64,000 nt of DNA from Pelomyxa schiedti (lineage: Eukaryota; Protista; Evosea). The translations under genes and the position numbers were made by a program. The stretch covers positions 62,001-126,000 of the forward strand of contig JAHLWZ010000799.1 in assembly GCA_020536535.1 (NCBI GenBank), read 5' to 3'. Under the pieces are notes generated by a model that saw only the letters and a list, made by a program, of their open reading frames with translations, ran no database searches and was not told where the DNA came from. Position 1 is the first letter of the stretch. Every line of letters starts with the position of its first letter. Positions 35,088-48,000 of this stretch are shown here, in pieces.

Positions 35088-36352
35088 TCATCCATGCGTG
35101 AACAACGTTGCACCACACACGTCAGTGAAAACCATTGACATTACTCCATAGACCATGACACTACTAGCCAATAAGCCACACCCTGCCACCACTGAGACAG
35201 TTCCCGGGGTGTGCCAAAGAGAAATCGCAGGTTGCAGTTGTAGCTGTTGTTGAGTTCGCCGTCGCTTTGATTCTGGAGGACCTTCTTGTTGTATTGCTGT
35301 AGTCGTGGGTGTGGTAAAGCTTGTTGCCGTTGTTGGGTGTGTCAGGGATCTAAGGGAAAAGACCGAAGTCGATTGGAACCTGTAGTTGGTTTCTGTAGTT
35401 ACGCCGAGATTAGACTCGTCCACACGCTGAACCCTAAGTCCTCTGATATCTCCCAGCAAAGTGAAATCCTTCTGCGTGCTTAAGTTCAACAAATTACAGC
35501 TTTCGCTTCTGGTCAAGAATGGCAGGTGATACTCTCTTGTGACCCTCTCATAGAGTGGAGCACACAATAGATTTTCGGTGAGTATTGACAAATTGCATTT
35601 CACGGTGTATTCCACGCGCGTATACAGGTTGATCTGAGTAGTCCACGCCGTTTGGAGGTTAATCTGATGCCCAAGCAAATCAAGGCCATTCCCATGTACA
35701 GTGAAGAACACCTCAATAATGTCGGAAGTCTCATTGTACACCCCGCTGGGAGACATTATTCTCAGGGATATAATGTCGATCGGGTTGGCGTCAGGCGAAA
35801 TTGGCAGCACAACATATCTCAGTGATGGTACAGAATCCACAATTGCCCAAACCACAAGGTCGCCACAAAAGTCGCCCTGCTTTGGTGCCATTACCATCCA
35901 CTTTCTATTGCATGCAACCAGTGGCACTCCATCTCTGAAAGGTAGAGGCATAGGCGCCCCTATTTCTCTTGCTTCCTCGTCGACCACCCTCATAGTAGGG
36001 GGCGCATCATCATGACCAGCTCTCCTTATCACCGCCCTGTCCGGCCCAATCCATCCCAGCAAACGGGTGTCCCACAAATCATGCATGGCCACGTCAGCAA
36101 ACCCACTGTGTACGACACTCTGAACATCACAGAGAGCGCCCCGCGCTCCGCGAACTCGACGAGCACGACCCTCTCCGTCTCCATCACCCACCTCTTTCCA
36201 ATGCACTCATAAACTATCTACTCGGGAAGCATGTCAACACTCCTAGCACGACCATTACGGCGGGGCCACGAGTACAGCGCCGAGGCGAGGGCACAGAGTT
36301 GCTGTGACGCACGCAGCGTGTTGTGGCACTCGCAGTATTGACACCACCACAT
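35088..36352 (-). pseudogene. Lineage-specific family, tandem paralog 3 - pseudogene
   Basis: MWWCQY start at 36352. In-frame TAG at 36220-36218 where paralog 2 has TGG (LPE*IV vs LPLWIV). A 1-nt deletion near 36075 (ATTTGTGGGAC vs IWWD), and a truncated C-terminus (LFTHG*). Confidence 0.8.
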
Positions 36353-36686
36353 AAGGACAAAATATGCATGGATCTCTTGTTTTTTGATGGTTTTTTTGGT
36401 GGTGCTTGCACCTGTGTTGGAGTCCGCAGAGTTGGCTTCTGTGTGTAACGGTATTTTTCTAGTATCTCTTTATTTGTTGACAATCAATAAGCTGATAGGC
36501 TCCAACGTGCTATAGACGAAGAAAAAAACAAGCGTATTGCTGCTGAATTCGAACTTCAAGTGACAAATTACGAGCTCGCTCAACTTACAAGTAGGGCCAC
36601 CAACGAGAAAATTTCCGCTGAAATAGCAGAAGTAAGTTCACTTACTTTTTCAGGCACATTAAAATCTCACTGGAAACCCACAAACC

Positions 36687-38594
36687 TCAACCAAAAAGAC
36701 GAAGGAGGTGTGGTATCACAAAGCACTGGAGTGGCTCAACTGGTATCCGCTCACCATCAATCCCCATGGCGTGATTGGACAGCGGCTCCAACGTGAATGC
36801 TCGCACCTGCGTCATTCGTTGGTTATATGTGCAAGGGTGAAGGGGATCACCTTGTGATATGAAACGCCAGGCCGGCTGGAAAATGTGCCTCGAGACGCGC
36901 TCAACAGGGCAGATAAGCAACCAAGTCTGGTTGCAGAGTCATACCGCTGGAACACCATGTCCACGCACCCGTCTCCAAAGTGAGCATGTGGTGCTGCCTG
37001 TTTCGTTTGAAGGAAGATGGAGGGAAAGAATGTCAAGGATCATACATAAAGATCAGGCGACAAGTGTGATGTATTCATAACAGTGAAAACAAAGAAATTG
37101 TCTTCGATTGTGACCCAACTGGGCGGCGTGGATGAACTTCCAATGATGTACCGTTCCTGGGGGATGAAGCTGCATTTCATTAACTCGTTAGAACTTGCCA
37201 AAGTACACAAATGGCTCCAGTACATACGAAGAAAACCCTTCAGGTACCCATTGAGGGTCCCACCCAAGCTGTGTAGAAGAATGTAACGGCGGAGTTTCTT
37301 GCGCTCGTTGGTGTTGAATGCGTGGGCAAGTTCCCTTCTCATCATCATAGTGGATGGGTGTAACTTGTTTGCAGACAGAGCAGCAGGGTGGACAAGAAGT
37401 ATGTTGTGTTTCCCATGAATCAGACTCAACTGGGAGAAATGAAAGCCTGGATAATTCTATTGGTTGAACGAATGACGGTATTAGGGTTGAACTTCATTGG
37501 AAAAGAAGGCATGTCGATGAGCTTGAACAGACCACAGAAGTACTCCCGCAGTGGTCCCATGCACCGGAACTGGGTAGGAGCGAATTAATAGGAAGGAACT
37601 GTCTTATTGAAAGTTTTTTACCTTCTCTGAATTGAAATCAATTTCAGCAAAGAGTCCCCACAATAGATTCACAATACCCCAGTGAACTCGCTTGGACTTT
37701 GGTTGCACAAATAACATGGCATCAAAAGGCCGGATAACTCCTATTTACAGTGTGTAAGAGTGCAGTTTCACCACATCATAGTACCACATAAACACAAACC
37801 TCTCAAAATGTTGAACATGGAGACAGTGGGCGATGTCACCAGCAATGAGGAGGACAGTCCGTTCATGGTGCCTTCAAAGGGTATTTATAGGTTAATCTCC
37901 AACTAAGGTCCTAAAAGAGAAAACCTGCTGGAATGACACCGATTGGTGTTTGTATTGCTTCATGCCAGTCCTGTCTTCCAAGCATCCCGTTCACGAGTTG
38001 TCCAAGTAACCCTGAGTGCTTCTTAATTTGTTTACAAAAGTATCGGGTTCTAACCGTCGCCACTGACTGTGATTATGCCACTGTAAGCGCCAGTTTGGAA
38101 GGATTTCCCAATTTCCGTAGCGTGAGACTCGTATCTGGTCTCTTTGTCGTCTTTATTAGTGGGTTCAAGATGTGTTGGTTCAAAACCCATGAGTTGATGA
38201 GAAACCCCCCAGAAGTGAAGAAGAGGAGCACACTGAGTGTGAAACACATGGGAGGCATATCCCTTGCCGGAAATGGGGTTGAGGATGAACAGAAGTGACT
38301 GCTTGTGGCTGTAATGACCTTTCCACAATGTTAGCACATACAAGAGGCACAAAAAATACCTGAACAAAGGTCTTGCAATGATTTCACCCACTTTGACAAA
38401 GTCAATGAGGCTTCGTAAATATAAGGTGGTGTGAACAGGCACCGTGTAAATATCTCTCCAAGTGAGTTGTGATGAGCAGAAATCCTACATAGACTGTCAA
38501 AGTATTTTAGTCTGTCTCTGTTCAAACCAGTCGAAAGTGTGCACCACGTGAGTTCTCCCTTGAGAGATACTGCAAAGAGGACACGAGTGCACAT
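36687..38594 (-). CDS. Sphingosine kinase / DAGK-family lipid kinase, multi-exon
   Basis: LLFILNPISGKG, TRYESHATE, IITVSGDG, LVNGMLGRQDW, PIGVIPAG, LLWGLFAEIDFNSEK, WVTIEDNF, APHAHFGDG, VRAFTLEP and IDGERIP are in the canonical SphK motif order. Confidence 0.85.
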
Positions 38595-39152
38595 TTAGAA
38601 CGCCATTTCCCTCCACCGCGTAGACAACGTCACAGACGCGCACAGTATGTAGAGTCTCGGCATGTGCTGGATATTGTTAAATCCACAATTCCAATGTAAA
38701 ATATCAACATACTCCAAGTCAGTTGCTCCTCAGTAAGGGTGACCTTATGAAGAGGAAAAAAAGTGTGAGGTGCCTTGTAAAAAAAAACGAATGGGACGTG
38801 CACAACGCAATACCAGCGTCAGATCTCCACCAACACGAAAGCGATCTCGCAGTATTACAACCATGTCCACGTCACCTCAGCAAATAGACTACAGGTCTCA
38901 CGCCAAAAAAAAAAGGCATACCTGCCTTCCCACCACATCATCCCTCTCGTTTAATTTTCCAGCTATTTGTGGGATCGCTCAACTTCGTGAATTCCTGTGT
39001 GTCCTGTGACACTACTCCCCTGCGCAACAGTCGTCCTCCACAGTGAAATTGTCTTGCGCAGTTTCCTCGGAATTGAGATTTCGCCCAATCTCTGCGATCA
39101 GCAAAAAACAAAAAAAAAAGAGGGGACGTTGAGGTGGGTGCGCAGTACGACG

Positions 39153-42100
39153 ATGACAGCAACGAACCAGCAACAAGGGAGTAGGGGGAGATCTGGGGTG
39201 ATGTCTGGCGGTTGTATGCGTATTGGTGTGTCGTCATCGCCATCGCGCGGTGTTCCCGGTTCGGCCGTATCCGCTTTGTTCGATAACATCATGTCTCAGT
39301 TGAACACGGACCTGGCTTACTTCAAAACTGGTTTGTATTTGCACTCCGTGATTATAGGCTTTTTTTACCCCCACTAACGGTTGTCACAGACAAGAAAGGA
39401 GAAGGATCTCAAGAAAAAGGTGCTAAAGCCGTGCCCAAGTCTTCACATGATCACAAATCTGTCTCTCGTCCAAAACCCGTTGATGAACTTCAGGGGTTGT
39501 ACAATAAAGGGGTGCAACAGCCCCTGCCGAACCAAGTTGTATGGGTTTTTTTCTTTTTGTTCTTGTTGTTTTTCCCCTTTTCCTTATTACTTCTAGAAAA
39601 AGACACCACCTTTGATACATCACTTCAACTACAAGAAAAAGCAAGGTTTTTTCGACATGAACTATGTCTGAACTTATAACAATTAGGAAGGAAAAAAGTA
39701 AAGGATATGGTTTACAATCCCGATAATTACACGTGGTCTGGTTTAAATACTACAGAGGCACAAACCTTCCCACAATACCCGGGTCTAATTTATCACAAGA
39801 AGGACCTATCTGCTCCTGAAGGTAGTAGGGTCTACTTCCCTTTTTAATTTAAAAGGCTCCCTAGTTCCCGCAATAAGTGGCTCTATGCGCTACGATCCCA
39901 AACAAAAAACTTGGGATGGGAATGAGGAATCCTTGGATATGTTCAACACAACCAAAGTTGGGCTCATTGCCCCTCTTGTTAACTCTCCAACATCGGGGGT
40001 TAAGATTGTTTCTGGAATGAGATTTGATCCAGAAAAATTCCTGTGGGTTGGAAATGTGGACGGTTGTTTCTTGAATTGCACCACTCTTTTGTGACTTTGT
40101 TTCTATAGATACAACTTTATTCCCAAACGACGAGCCCCCAGATCCCCGTGTGATTGGCTCCCACCATAGTGACTTTTGTCTATCCCAAGAGCAGATTTCC
40201 ACCTTTCGTAATTGTGGTGTGACCCTACATTAAATCAGAAGTTCTACTCTAAAACTCACGAATTAGAGTTACAACATGTAAAACAAATGAGAGGGTGGAC
40301 CAAATTAGATCGAGAAGCGAACAGGGACACCAACTTTTTGCGGTCGGTATGTTATCGTTGTTTCTTGGGACTATCTTACGAGCAAAATATTAATAGGATA
40401 ACGTAATGTTGCAACTACTTGTGCGCAGTATCAAATTACAGCAACCGCAAGACAATGCAGACATGTCACTTTTATCTGACAGTGAGATGGCCCCTCCTCC
40501 AAAAGAAGTTAGCAACCTCCCTCCTTTGTTCCGTTCACAACACAAGAGAAGCAAAAAGATGACCTAGAAGATTACACAAATGAATTCACCTTTCCATCTG
40601 AAGCAGAGAAACTCAATATCAATCCCAAGTAAGAACTGATTTGATGCACACCTATCTAATTAATGAATGCAGCCCAACAGATGATGTCCAAGCAGTACTG
40701 TCCGAATTACCTAACCCAACACAACCACCAACACCTTCGCGACAAGTGCCTCAATTGATCACCAAACCTATCACTCTACTAACACCATCCCATTTTCAAA
40801 GTTCCACTGTTCCGCCTGCCATGTCAAATCTCCCTCAAAGAATCACACAATTACCCACATCTGATCCCGCTAAATTCCCTGGAACCTTTAGCAACAGTAG
40901 CGCAAACTTTGGTGTTGGAATTGCTGTGTCACAGGTCGATTTAAAAAAGGCTTTGGAAGAGTGCGTACCTTTAACCCCAATATACAAGCTCTGTGGTGAG
41001 CATACTTACAATGACAAAAAAATCAGAAGAAATAAAATGGTACTTGGAGAGCCTGAGGAGGTAGATTTTGGAGATGAAGAAGGTTGGGTTACTGGACTCC
41101 TTTCTTCATTCTAACTTTTTTTAGTCACCATACAACCAAGTCAGCAGCCAATTCTCCCTTCCAGTGTGCCTTGTACTTACCCCCAGAGCACAAATCCCAC
41201 ATCAACAAATCCTGCATCTTCCATCCCGACTTCCACAGCCCCCATTCTCAACCGCATTCCCACACTCTTCACAAGAGGTACAAAGAGCAATGACTCTGCT
41301 AACGTGGATCCTGCGAAATTTCCTGGTGTGCTAACACGAAGTAGTGCCAACTTTGGAGAAGGCTTGGCACTGTCTAATGTTAACTTGGCATCTCTGTTCG
41401 CAAAGTATGATATTAACTGATTTGTAGTTATTTCTTACTGTTTAAAGGGGTCAAATTAATACTGCCGCCGAGTATGGGCCTGTTGTTTTTGGAGACGAGG
41501 ACCGCTATGATGGTATGAAGTCTAAAATCGTCCTAACAGCAACCTTGCATTTTAGACCTTGTGGAGCGACCACAGATCAAGGCCCAAATCCATGACTTAG
41601 GTATCCCTGTTACTGGACAACAGTCCAACGAGCAGCCTCAATTTCCGCCACTGGCATTTAATCCTGGGCAACAAACACTCACCCCAATACCACCAGAAGG
41701 GTTACCAGAAAGTAACGATCTATCCAAAATTGAGGTAGCCAGCAGTGACAACGATAGTGATATTGTTCGTGACTCGGAAAGTGGAACAGAATATGAAACA
41801 GAAGACTGGAAGGATATTGAAATTCCTGGTGTGTTTCTACACAAAAAAACAGAAAGAAATAAAAGCACTCAAATAACTTTCACCTTAGAAGGTACATTGT
41901 CAATGCAAATGAAAGGCAATCAATCTGTTAGCTCGTCGATGGACAAAAGAGGCTACTCTTCCCGCAATGATGACGAATTTGAGGGACTACAACTTCCCAC
42001 CGGGGACAAGCCACTCATCCCGGTTCAGCCAATACCGGCGGATGTTCTTGAGGTAGAAGGAGATGTTTCCGGCGTAGGAGATGGAGGAGACAGCAGCCTT

Positions 42101-42436
42101 AACCTCAGCCTTGTCAAGAATCCAAGCCCAGCCCCAAATCGCTTTGTCAGCCTTCCTCCTGCTTCCCTTACAGCCGGAGTAAGCGGCCTTCCACCAAGCA
42201 AGTCTACACCATCCAAACCCGGCAATACTGTGGCAGTAAAGCTAGCCTCGGAGGAGGTATGGGACCGAGAATTTGAAGGACTCGAAATACCCAGCACCCC
42301 AATCAAACTCCAAATTCCAAAATCATGCAACAACACACCAACATTCACAACCACCCCAACAAACAAAACACCTTGTGAAATAGCCAACACCAGACAACCA
42401 CCCCTCCCATCCCCCAGCTTCCGAACTAAAACATAG
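39153..42436 (+). CDS. Byr4/Bfa1-like protein (SIN/MEN GAP subunit), multi-exon; may be two adjacent genes
   Basis: Three M-x-[YF]-[ND]-P-x4-W-x-G repeats (MVYNPDNYTWSG, MRYDPKQKTWDGNEESL, GMRFDPEKFLWVGN) at about 39707-40050 resemble the fungal Byr4 C-terminal repeats. Downstream acidic motifs: EDYTNEFTFP, EDWKDIEIP, DDEFEGLQLP, WDREFEGLEIP. Confidence 0.55.
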
Positions 42437-42667
42437 AAGCTAGCAAGTCCATACCATAACCCAGCTCTCCAGGAATTATTTAAAAATAATGAACGAACCT
42501 TTTTTCATGTGAAATTTTGTCACGAAAAGGGAAAATGAAATTTTTAGTACTGTTGTGGGTGCTGAGCCAAAAAGAAAATTGAAGAGCCCTCCCAAAAACT
42601 GAACAAGAATAGGCCAACTGTTGGCCTTTTTTTTATTCCCTGTGGTTATGTAGTGCGGGTATTTGTC

Positions 42668-44618
42668 TTAGTAGGGTCTGTCTCTGCGTTGGCGGCGGTC
42701 ATCCACTCGGTCACGTTCCGAGCCGTACAAAGTCTCGCTGCTACCCCTGTCTCGCTCCCTCTCCCTGTCACTCCCTCGGTCCCTCTCCCGCTCTCTTTCC
42801 CTGTCACTGCCCCTATCCCTCTCCCTCTCGCGTTCTCCTCCCCTGTCCCTTTCTCTGTCCCTTTCCCTGTCGCGCTCTCTGTCCCCCCCGCGGTCCCTAT
42901 CTCTCTCCCTTTCCCTGTCACGGTCCCTGTCCCCCCCGCGGTCTCTCTCCCTGTCATAGTCCCTCTCGCGGTCTCTGTCCCTATCTCTATCACCACGGTC
43001 TCTGTCGCGGTCATGGTCCCTATCCCGGTCGTGGTCCCTGTCATGATCCCTGTCACGGTCACCATGTTCATGCTCTCTGTCTCTGGGTCCCCCTCCACCC
43101 CCACCGCCACCTTCAAATTCATCCCTTCCGGGTCTGGTTCCTCTGTAGGGGAAGTTAATGGTAATAGTTTTGTTGTTAGGGGAATTTACAGACCTTCCTG
43201 CATCACCACCAAAGACGGCTCCGGGCTTGGCTAGACCACACCTATTGCACTGTGTTCTGCGTGCGAAATTTACATTGCCACAGCTAAGTAAACCCAAGCT
43301 AAGTTAGGAGAACCGGGAACCTCTACCCCAACCAGAACTTTAGGAATGTGAAAGCATTACATACTCAGAATTTGGGCAAACCCAATCCCCATCCCTTGCG
43401 ACAGGGGGTCCGCCTCGTCGCGGAGGTCCCCCACCCATACTTCCTCCCATCCCACCTCCCATCCCACCTCCAAAACCACCAAGAGGCGCGGGCCTTGGAG
43501 CACTGCACCTATTGCACACTGTGCGTCGGGCAAAGTTCAAGTTTCCGCAGCTGTAATTTGTGAGAATCAACAGAAACAAGATAGAAATGTACTCTGGGTT
43601 TGGGCATGTCCAATCACCACCGGGAGGTGCACCACCAAAGCCACCTGGAGTTGTTTGAGGGAACTCTCCTGACTCAAAGTCGCCACGGCCTCTACCTCTA
43701 CCGCCCCCACCGCCGCCACCACCGCGTTGCATGAAATCCATTGGTCGTTCCTTCTGCTCAGCAAGCTGAACTGAAATTTTTTGGTTCAAAAATGGGGCTC
43801 CTATTTGTCTATCAGAACAGCAAGAGAGTGATACAATTGTGACCATCAAACCACTTGAGGGCGGCTTGCGCAGCAGCTGGATCATCATATGTTATAGTAG
43901 CATCACCTTTTGGCACATTGGTAGTTTTGTCACGGTATAAGTGAATTCTTGGCTCCTTTGTTTTCTTATCCAACTGTTGTTTTGTATGTTAATACAACCA
44001 ATTTATTTGTAAAAAGTACCTTAATAACACCAATAGACCCGAACATATCAGCAAGTGCTTTAGTTGTTGCCTCTGCTGGTAACCCAGTCACGTAAATTGT
44101 ATCCACAGGCATAGGTGGAGGTGCTATTTCATGTAAAATTTTGGGAAGCGGAAAAGTTAACACACGGTTGTGATCAGCATAACTATTTCCACTTCTACCA
44201 CCCCTTCCACCACCTCTTCCACCAAATTCCCCTCTGCCCCTACCTCTGGAGGACTCGCCATAAGAGGATGAACCATATTCTTGGGGAGGCTGTTTGATAA
44301 TTAGATAAAGGAACTTTTTGATAATATGATACATATTGTTGCTGTTGTGATTGATCGAAGTTATATCCATAAGAGTTGCCACCCTTTTTGTTTTAGTGTT
44401 TAGAGTGTTTGTATTTATTGTGTAGAAAAGGTAAAGTTCACCTGTTGTTGCTGTTGCGGCGGCGGTTGCTGTGGCATATACTGCGAGTAATCCTGCGGGT
44501 TGCTGTAGGCTTTATTATACTGTGCATACATTGCTTGCTGGTCATAGTAAAGCTGCTGAGCCTGTGGGTCACCACCCATGCTAGGTGGTGGCATTGATTG
44601 CTGAGGATCACTGGGCAT
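42668..44618 (-). CDS. FET-family (TAF15/FUS/EWS-like) RNA-binding protein: QY-rich N-terminus, RGG, RRM, two RanBP2 zinc fingers, RD/RE tail
   Basis: [11 protein letters not shown] and RGRGRG segments; [11 protein letters not shown]...[12 protein letters not shown]...[23 protein letters not shown]; [23 protein letters not shown] and [22 protein letters not shown]; long RDRDRERER tail. Confidence 0.85.
42700..43075 (-). repeat. Coding tandem repeat encoding Arg-Asp/Arg-Glu dipeptides
   Basis: Imperfect repeats of ccctgtc/ctctcgc units on the + strand encode [14 protein letters not shown] on the - strand. Confidence 0.85.
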
Positions 44619-45079
44619 TTGGTTTTCACAAGCGGTTGTTGATTGGAAGGCAGTATATGTGCATTCAAATTAGTTTCGATGGCGAAAGAGTGAATACGTT
44701 GTGCTCGCTTGAATGTGTCTATTTGTACCAAACCCACCCAATATTTAAACTACCACCATAAACACAATACCACTACCAACCGAAAAAAACTGAAAAAACC
44801 TTCACCACTGGGTTTTTTACCACCAAAATAAAACAACAAACCAAACACCACCTAACCGTACTACATGAGCGAGAAATAACAACGCGAAACCACACGCAAA
44901 CAATTTAATTAGAAATAAAAAAAACACACGTCGACATTAGTGCCGCTTTTTCGGTATCACCACCACTAACACCTCCTTGTGTATTTTCTTCTTCCTTGTG
45001 TATTTTTTTTTCTCATCTTGCGGGAAAAATAAGTTATTTTCTTCTAAAAGCAACTGCAAGCTCTGAGAAAATTTTCAAT

Positions 45080-48000
45080 CTATTCTACCTTGGCTAGAAC
45101 TATTGCCGTCCTGCAAGGGATGTAGGCCTGAGGGTATTGTTAAATGGTTAAAGAATGGATGCAGAGCAAAAAAAATACCTGAACAGTGTGATCGTAGGTA
45201 CCCATTTTGTTGGGACTGGAGAAAATTTGTTTGGATGTGTCTACCCTGATGTAGCCACCAAATTCCAACCGGTCTGAGTCGAGAACAATTGAATACCTTA
45301 AGCGAGGTTAAAAAATGATTTCGGGAATCGTAAGTGAAGAAAGAGGTACTCACGTTCCAGGGCGTGATACTGGAAACTTCCGATCCGGATAGCTATTTGA
45401 AGTGTGGAAGTTGAAAATGCACACCAACCCTCCACGTTCGAAGCAGAGGAGCTTGTCTTCCTCATGTGTATAAGTCACGTGAGCCTTTGAATTTTTAGTA
45501 CATCGGTAGTATGTAAGACTGTTTGTACCCCCGGAGACATCAAAAATTTGTGTTTTTCCTCCATTAGAATCATTGCAGAATCGAAGACCTTAGGGATATC
45601 AACATGTTGATTTAAGTTAGGTTGTGGTATACCAAAAGGTGTCTGTACCGCAGCAGGGGATCGTGGGCCAAATCCCACCGTCTTCGTGCATAATGGTGAC
45701 TAAAACAAAAATTAGTGCGAGTCGAGGTTGGACCAACCAAACCTATAATTGTTCCCTGGTCTTGGAAAATCAACCCACTCAGGGTGGCCGAACTAAAAAA
45801 AAGGTTTTTGACCATTACTAATGTGACCTCCTCGTACCTCATTTCCCATAAAGTTCAGATATCCTTCTCCACCAAGGAGTAACGTCACAAGCCTGTAACA
45901 GTAAATAACTCGCCAAACCTTTGAAACGAAACCTTATCATTTTATGCAAAGCTATTCCACGGTCTGTGATTGCTGAAGGTGGCTGAAGAACACTCATATT
46001 GGTGTACATCTCTTTATCCATTAACCAAAAAGCACCTAGATTGGTTTGGTACACCAATAAAAAAGAGCGTGGGAAATACAAGTTTTGTCACCGACTAAAG
46101 ATTGGTCATGTGATTCAGCATAGGATATGCAAGGTTCCTAAAATGACATGAAAACATAGAAGTATTGAAAGTGGCTAACCATCCACCTCCTGTTCATAAG
46201 GGTCCATGCTATAGAACCCATATTCCAGTTTTCATCCTAATTTACTTCATTAAGGTTCTTAATCTGCCATCTATGAAGGAAAAACCTTGACAGACTTGAG
46301 TAAATGAACCCATAAATCTGGACAAGCCATTTGAAGTCTGAAATCAAACCCAACACCACCTTCTGAAACTGGTCTGCAAAGGCACGCAAATCCAGAAACC
46401 TGCAGTCTGTTAAATTACGGAAGTAAGAGGGTTGACAACATCTTCAGCAATTGAAAGTGCACCAGGCCTCACTTCATGAATAACGTCATTTGCCTATCAG
46501 TGGTGAGGGGATAACACTGGAATAGAGGTACCAAAGTAAGGTATGTAAGAGCATCGTGATCTACCGAACCTCCAAAATAGTGGTCGTAATTGAAATTATG
46601 GTCTCCAATCCCATGCTGTGCCAACAGTAAGACAAGAAAGCAAACAATAAAGAGTAGATACGTGATGATAAAGCATTGATGTTACTCCATCAAATCTTGT
46701 GTTAGTGTCAAGCAACACCAGAGTCACAAGAAACTTACCGGAAACCGTCAAACCGGTACTCTTCCAGATAGAAAACAAGGTTGGATAAGAGAAACCGCAG
46801 TGTTTCCCATTTAGCATAATCAAAGAGACGGCTACAATTAAGTAAGATAAATTCGTCAGAAATTACAGGATACCTGCCCCAAATCTGCATGTAGATAACA
46901 AAAGAGGAAGGGGAAAACAGTTAGAAGTGAAAGAATCTGGCACTGCTTACTCCATGGTATCCTCTTTGACCACTATGGAAGAGGTAATCCCCACCATCAA
47001 AATTATTTATCCCATCCAGAACATTGAGACTTGCATGGCTAAACATATTTGGTAAAGGGAGACAATAAACGCTAACGCACCTGTGAACCACATCAAGTAA
47101 AACATAGATGTTAAACTTGTGGCATTGGTCAATGAGCTCTTTCAAGTCTTCAGGAGTACCATACCTTGATTTCAATGTTGAATGCTGTTTAAACATAAAG
47201 ACAACATGTACCTACTGCTCACAGCAAAGAAATTTGTTACCTGAAAGTTAATTAAATAGTCTGATAAAAATGGGAAGTGAGTAAACCTGATATCCAAAAC
47301 TGGCATAATAAGCATGCTCCATTACTGCCATGAGTTGAATGCAGTTATAACCTAAGTCAACCACATGGGGCAACACATCTCGCATGAATTCCTGATAAAG
47401 GAATTAACCAGATCAGTAGAAAAGTAACACTTACTCTGTAGGTTCCCACCCTAGGTTCAATAGACGCCATTCCAACTGTTGTGCATCACACATCAAACAA
47501 AGGAAATAAGGATAAAGTACTGTGGCATTCATAAATCTTTGGGCCATCAAGAGCAGAGTTCCTTGAAGGAAGTGGGTATTTCCAGGCATATGGGTTTGGT
47601 GGGTCCCAGTACACTCCTTTGATACACAATCAGAAAAGGAGTTGAGGAATGAGCAGTGATACCGTCATAAATAAATTTGTCATTTTGTACCGCACGAGTG
47701 ATCCATGGAGGTACATGATCGGACCACTTGCCATGACCATTTTCGACACTTACCTAGACATTAAGAATGAGGGTGTGTAGTAGCAGGTAAATGTGACGTC
47801 TACCTTGAGCTTAGAATTGTGGGCAATGCCAGGAGTTCCATCAGGGTGGTCAGGAACGAAAAGATGCCAGCGCCCCCATTCTACCTTTCTCATGTAATGT
47901 GTGTTTGGGTTCCATCCATTGAAATCTCCAACGAGTCGCATGTTTGTAGCTATATGGAACAAGTTAAAATAACGCCAAGGTCTACTGATGCGAAAATCTA

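Noticed and set aside
36218-36220. In-frame TAG as possible readthrough, pyrrolysine or alternative genetic code
   Set aside because: The same copy also has a frameshift and a truncated end, and TAG is used as a normal stop elsewhere in the window (for example at 1644 and 45080).
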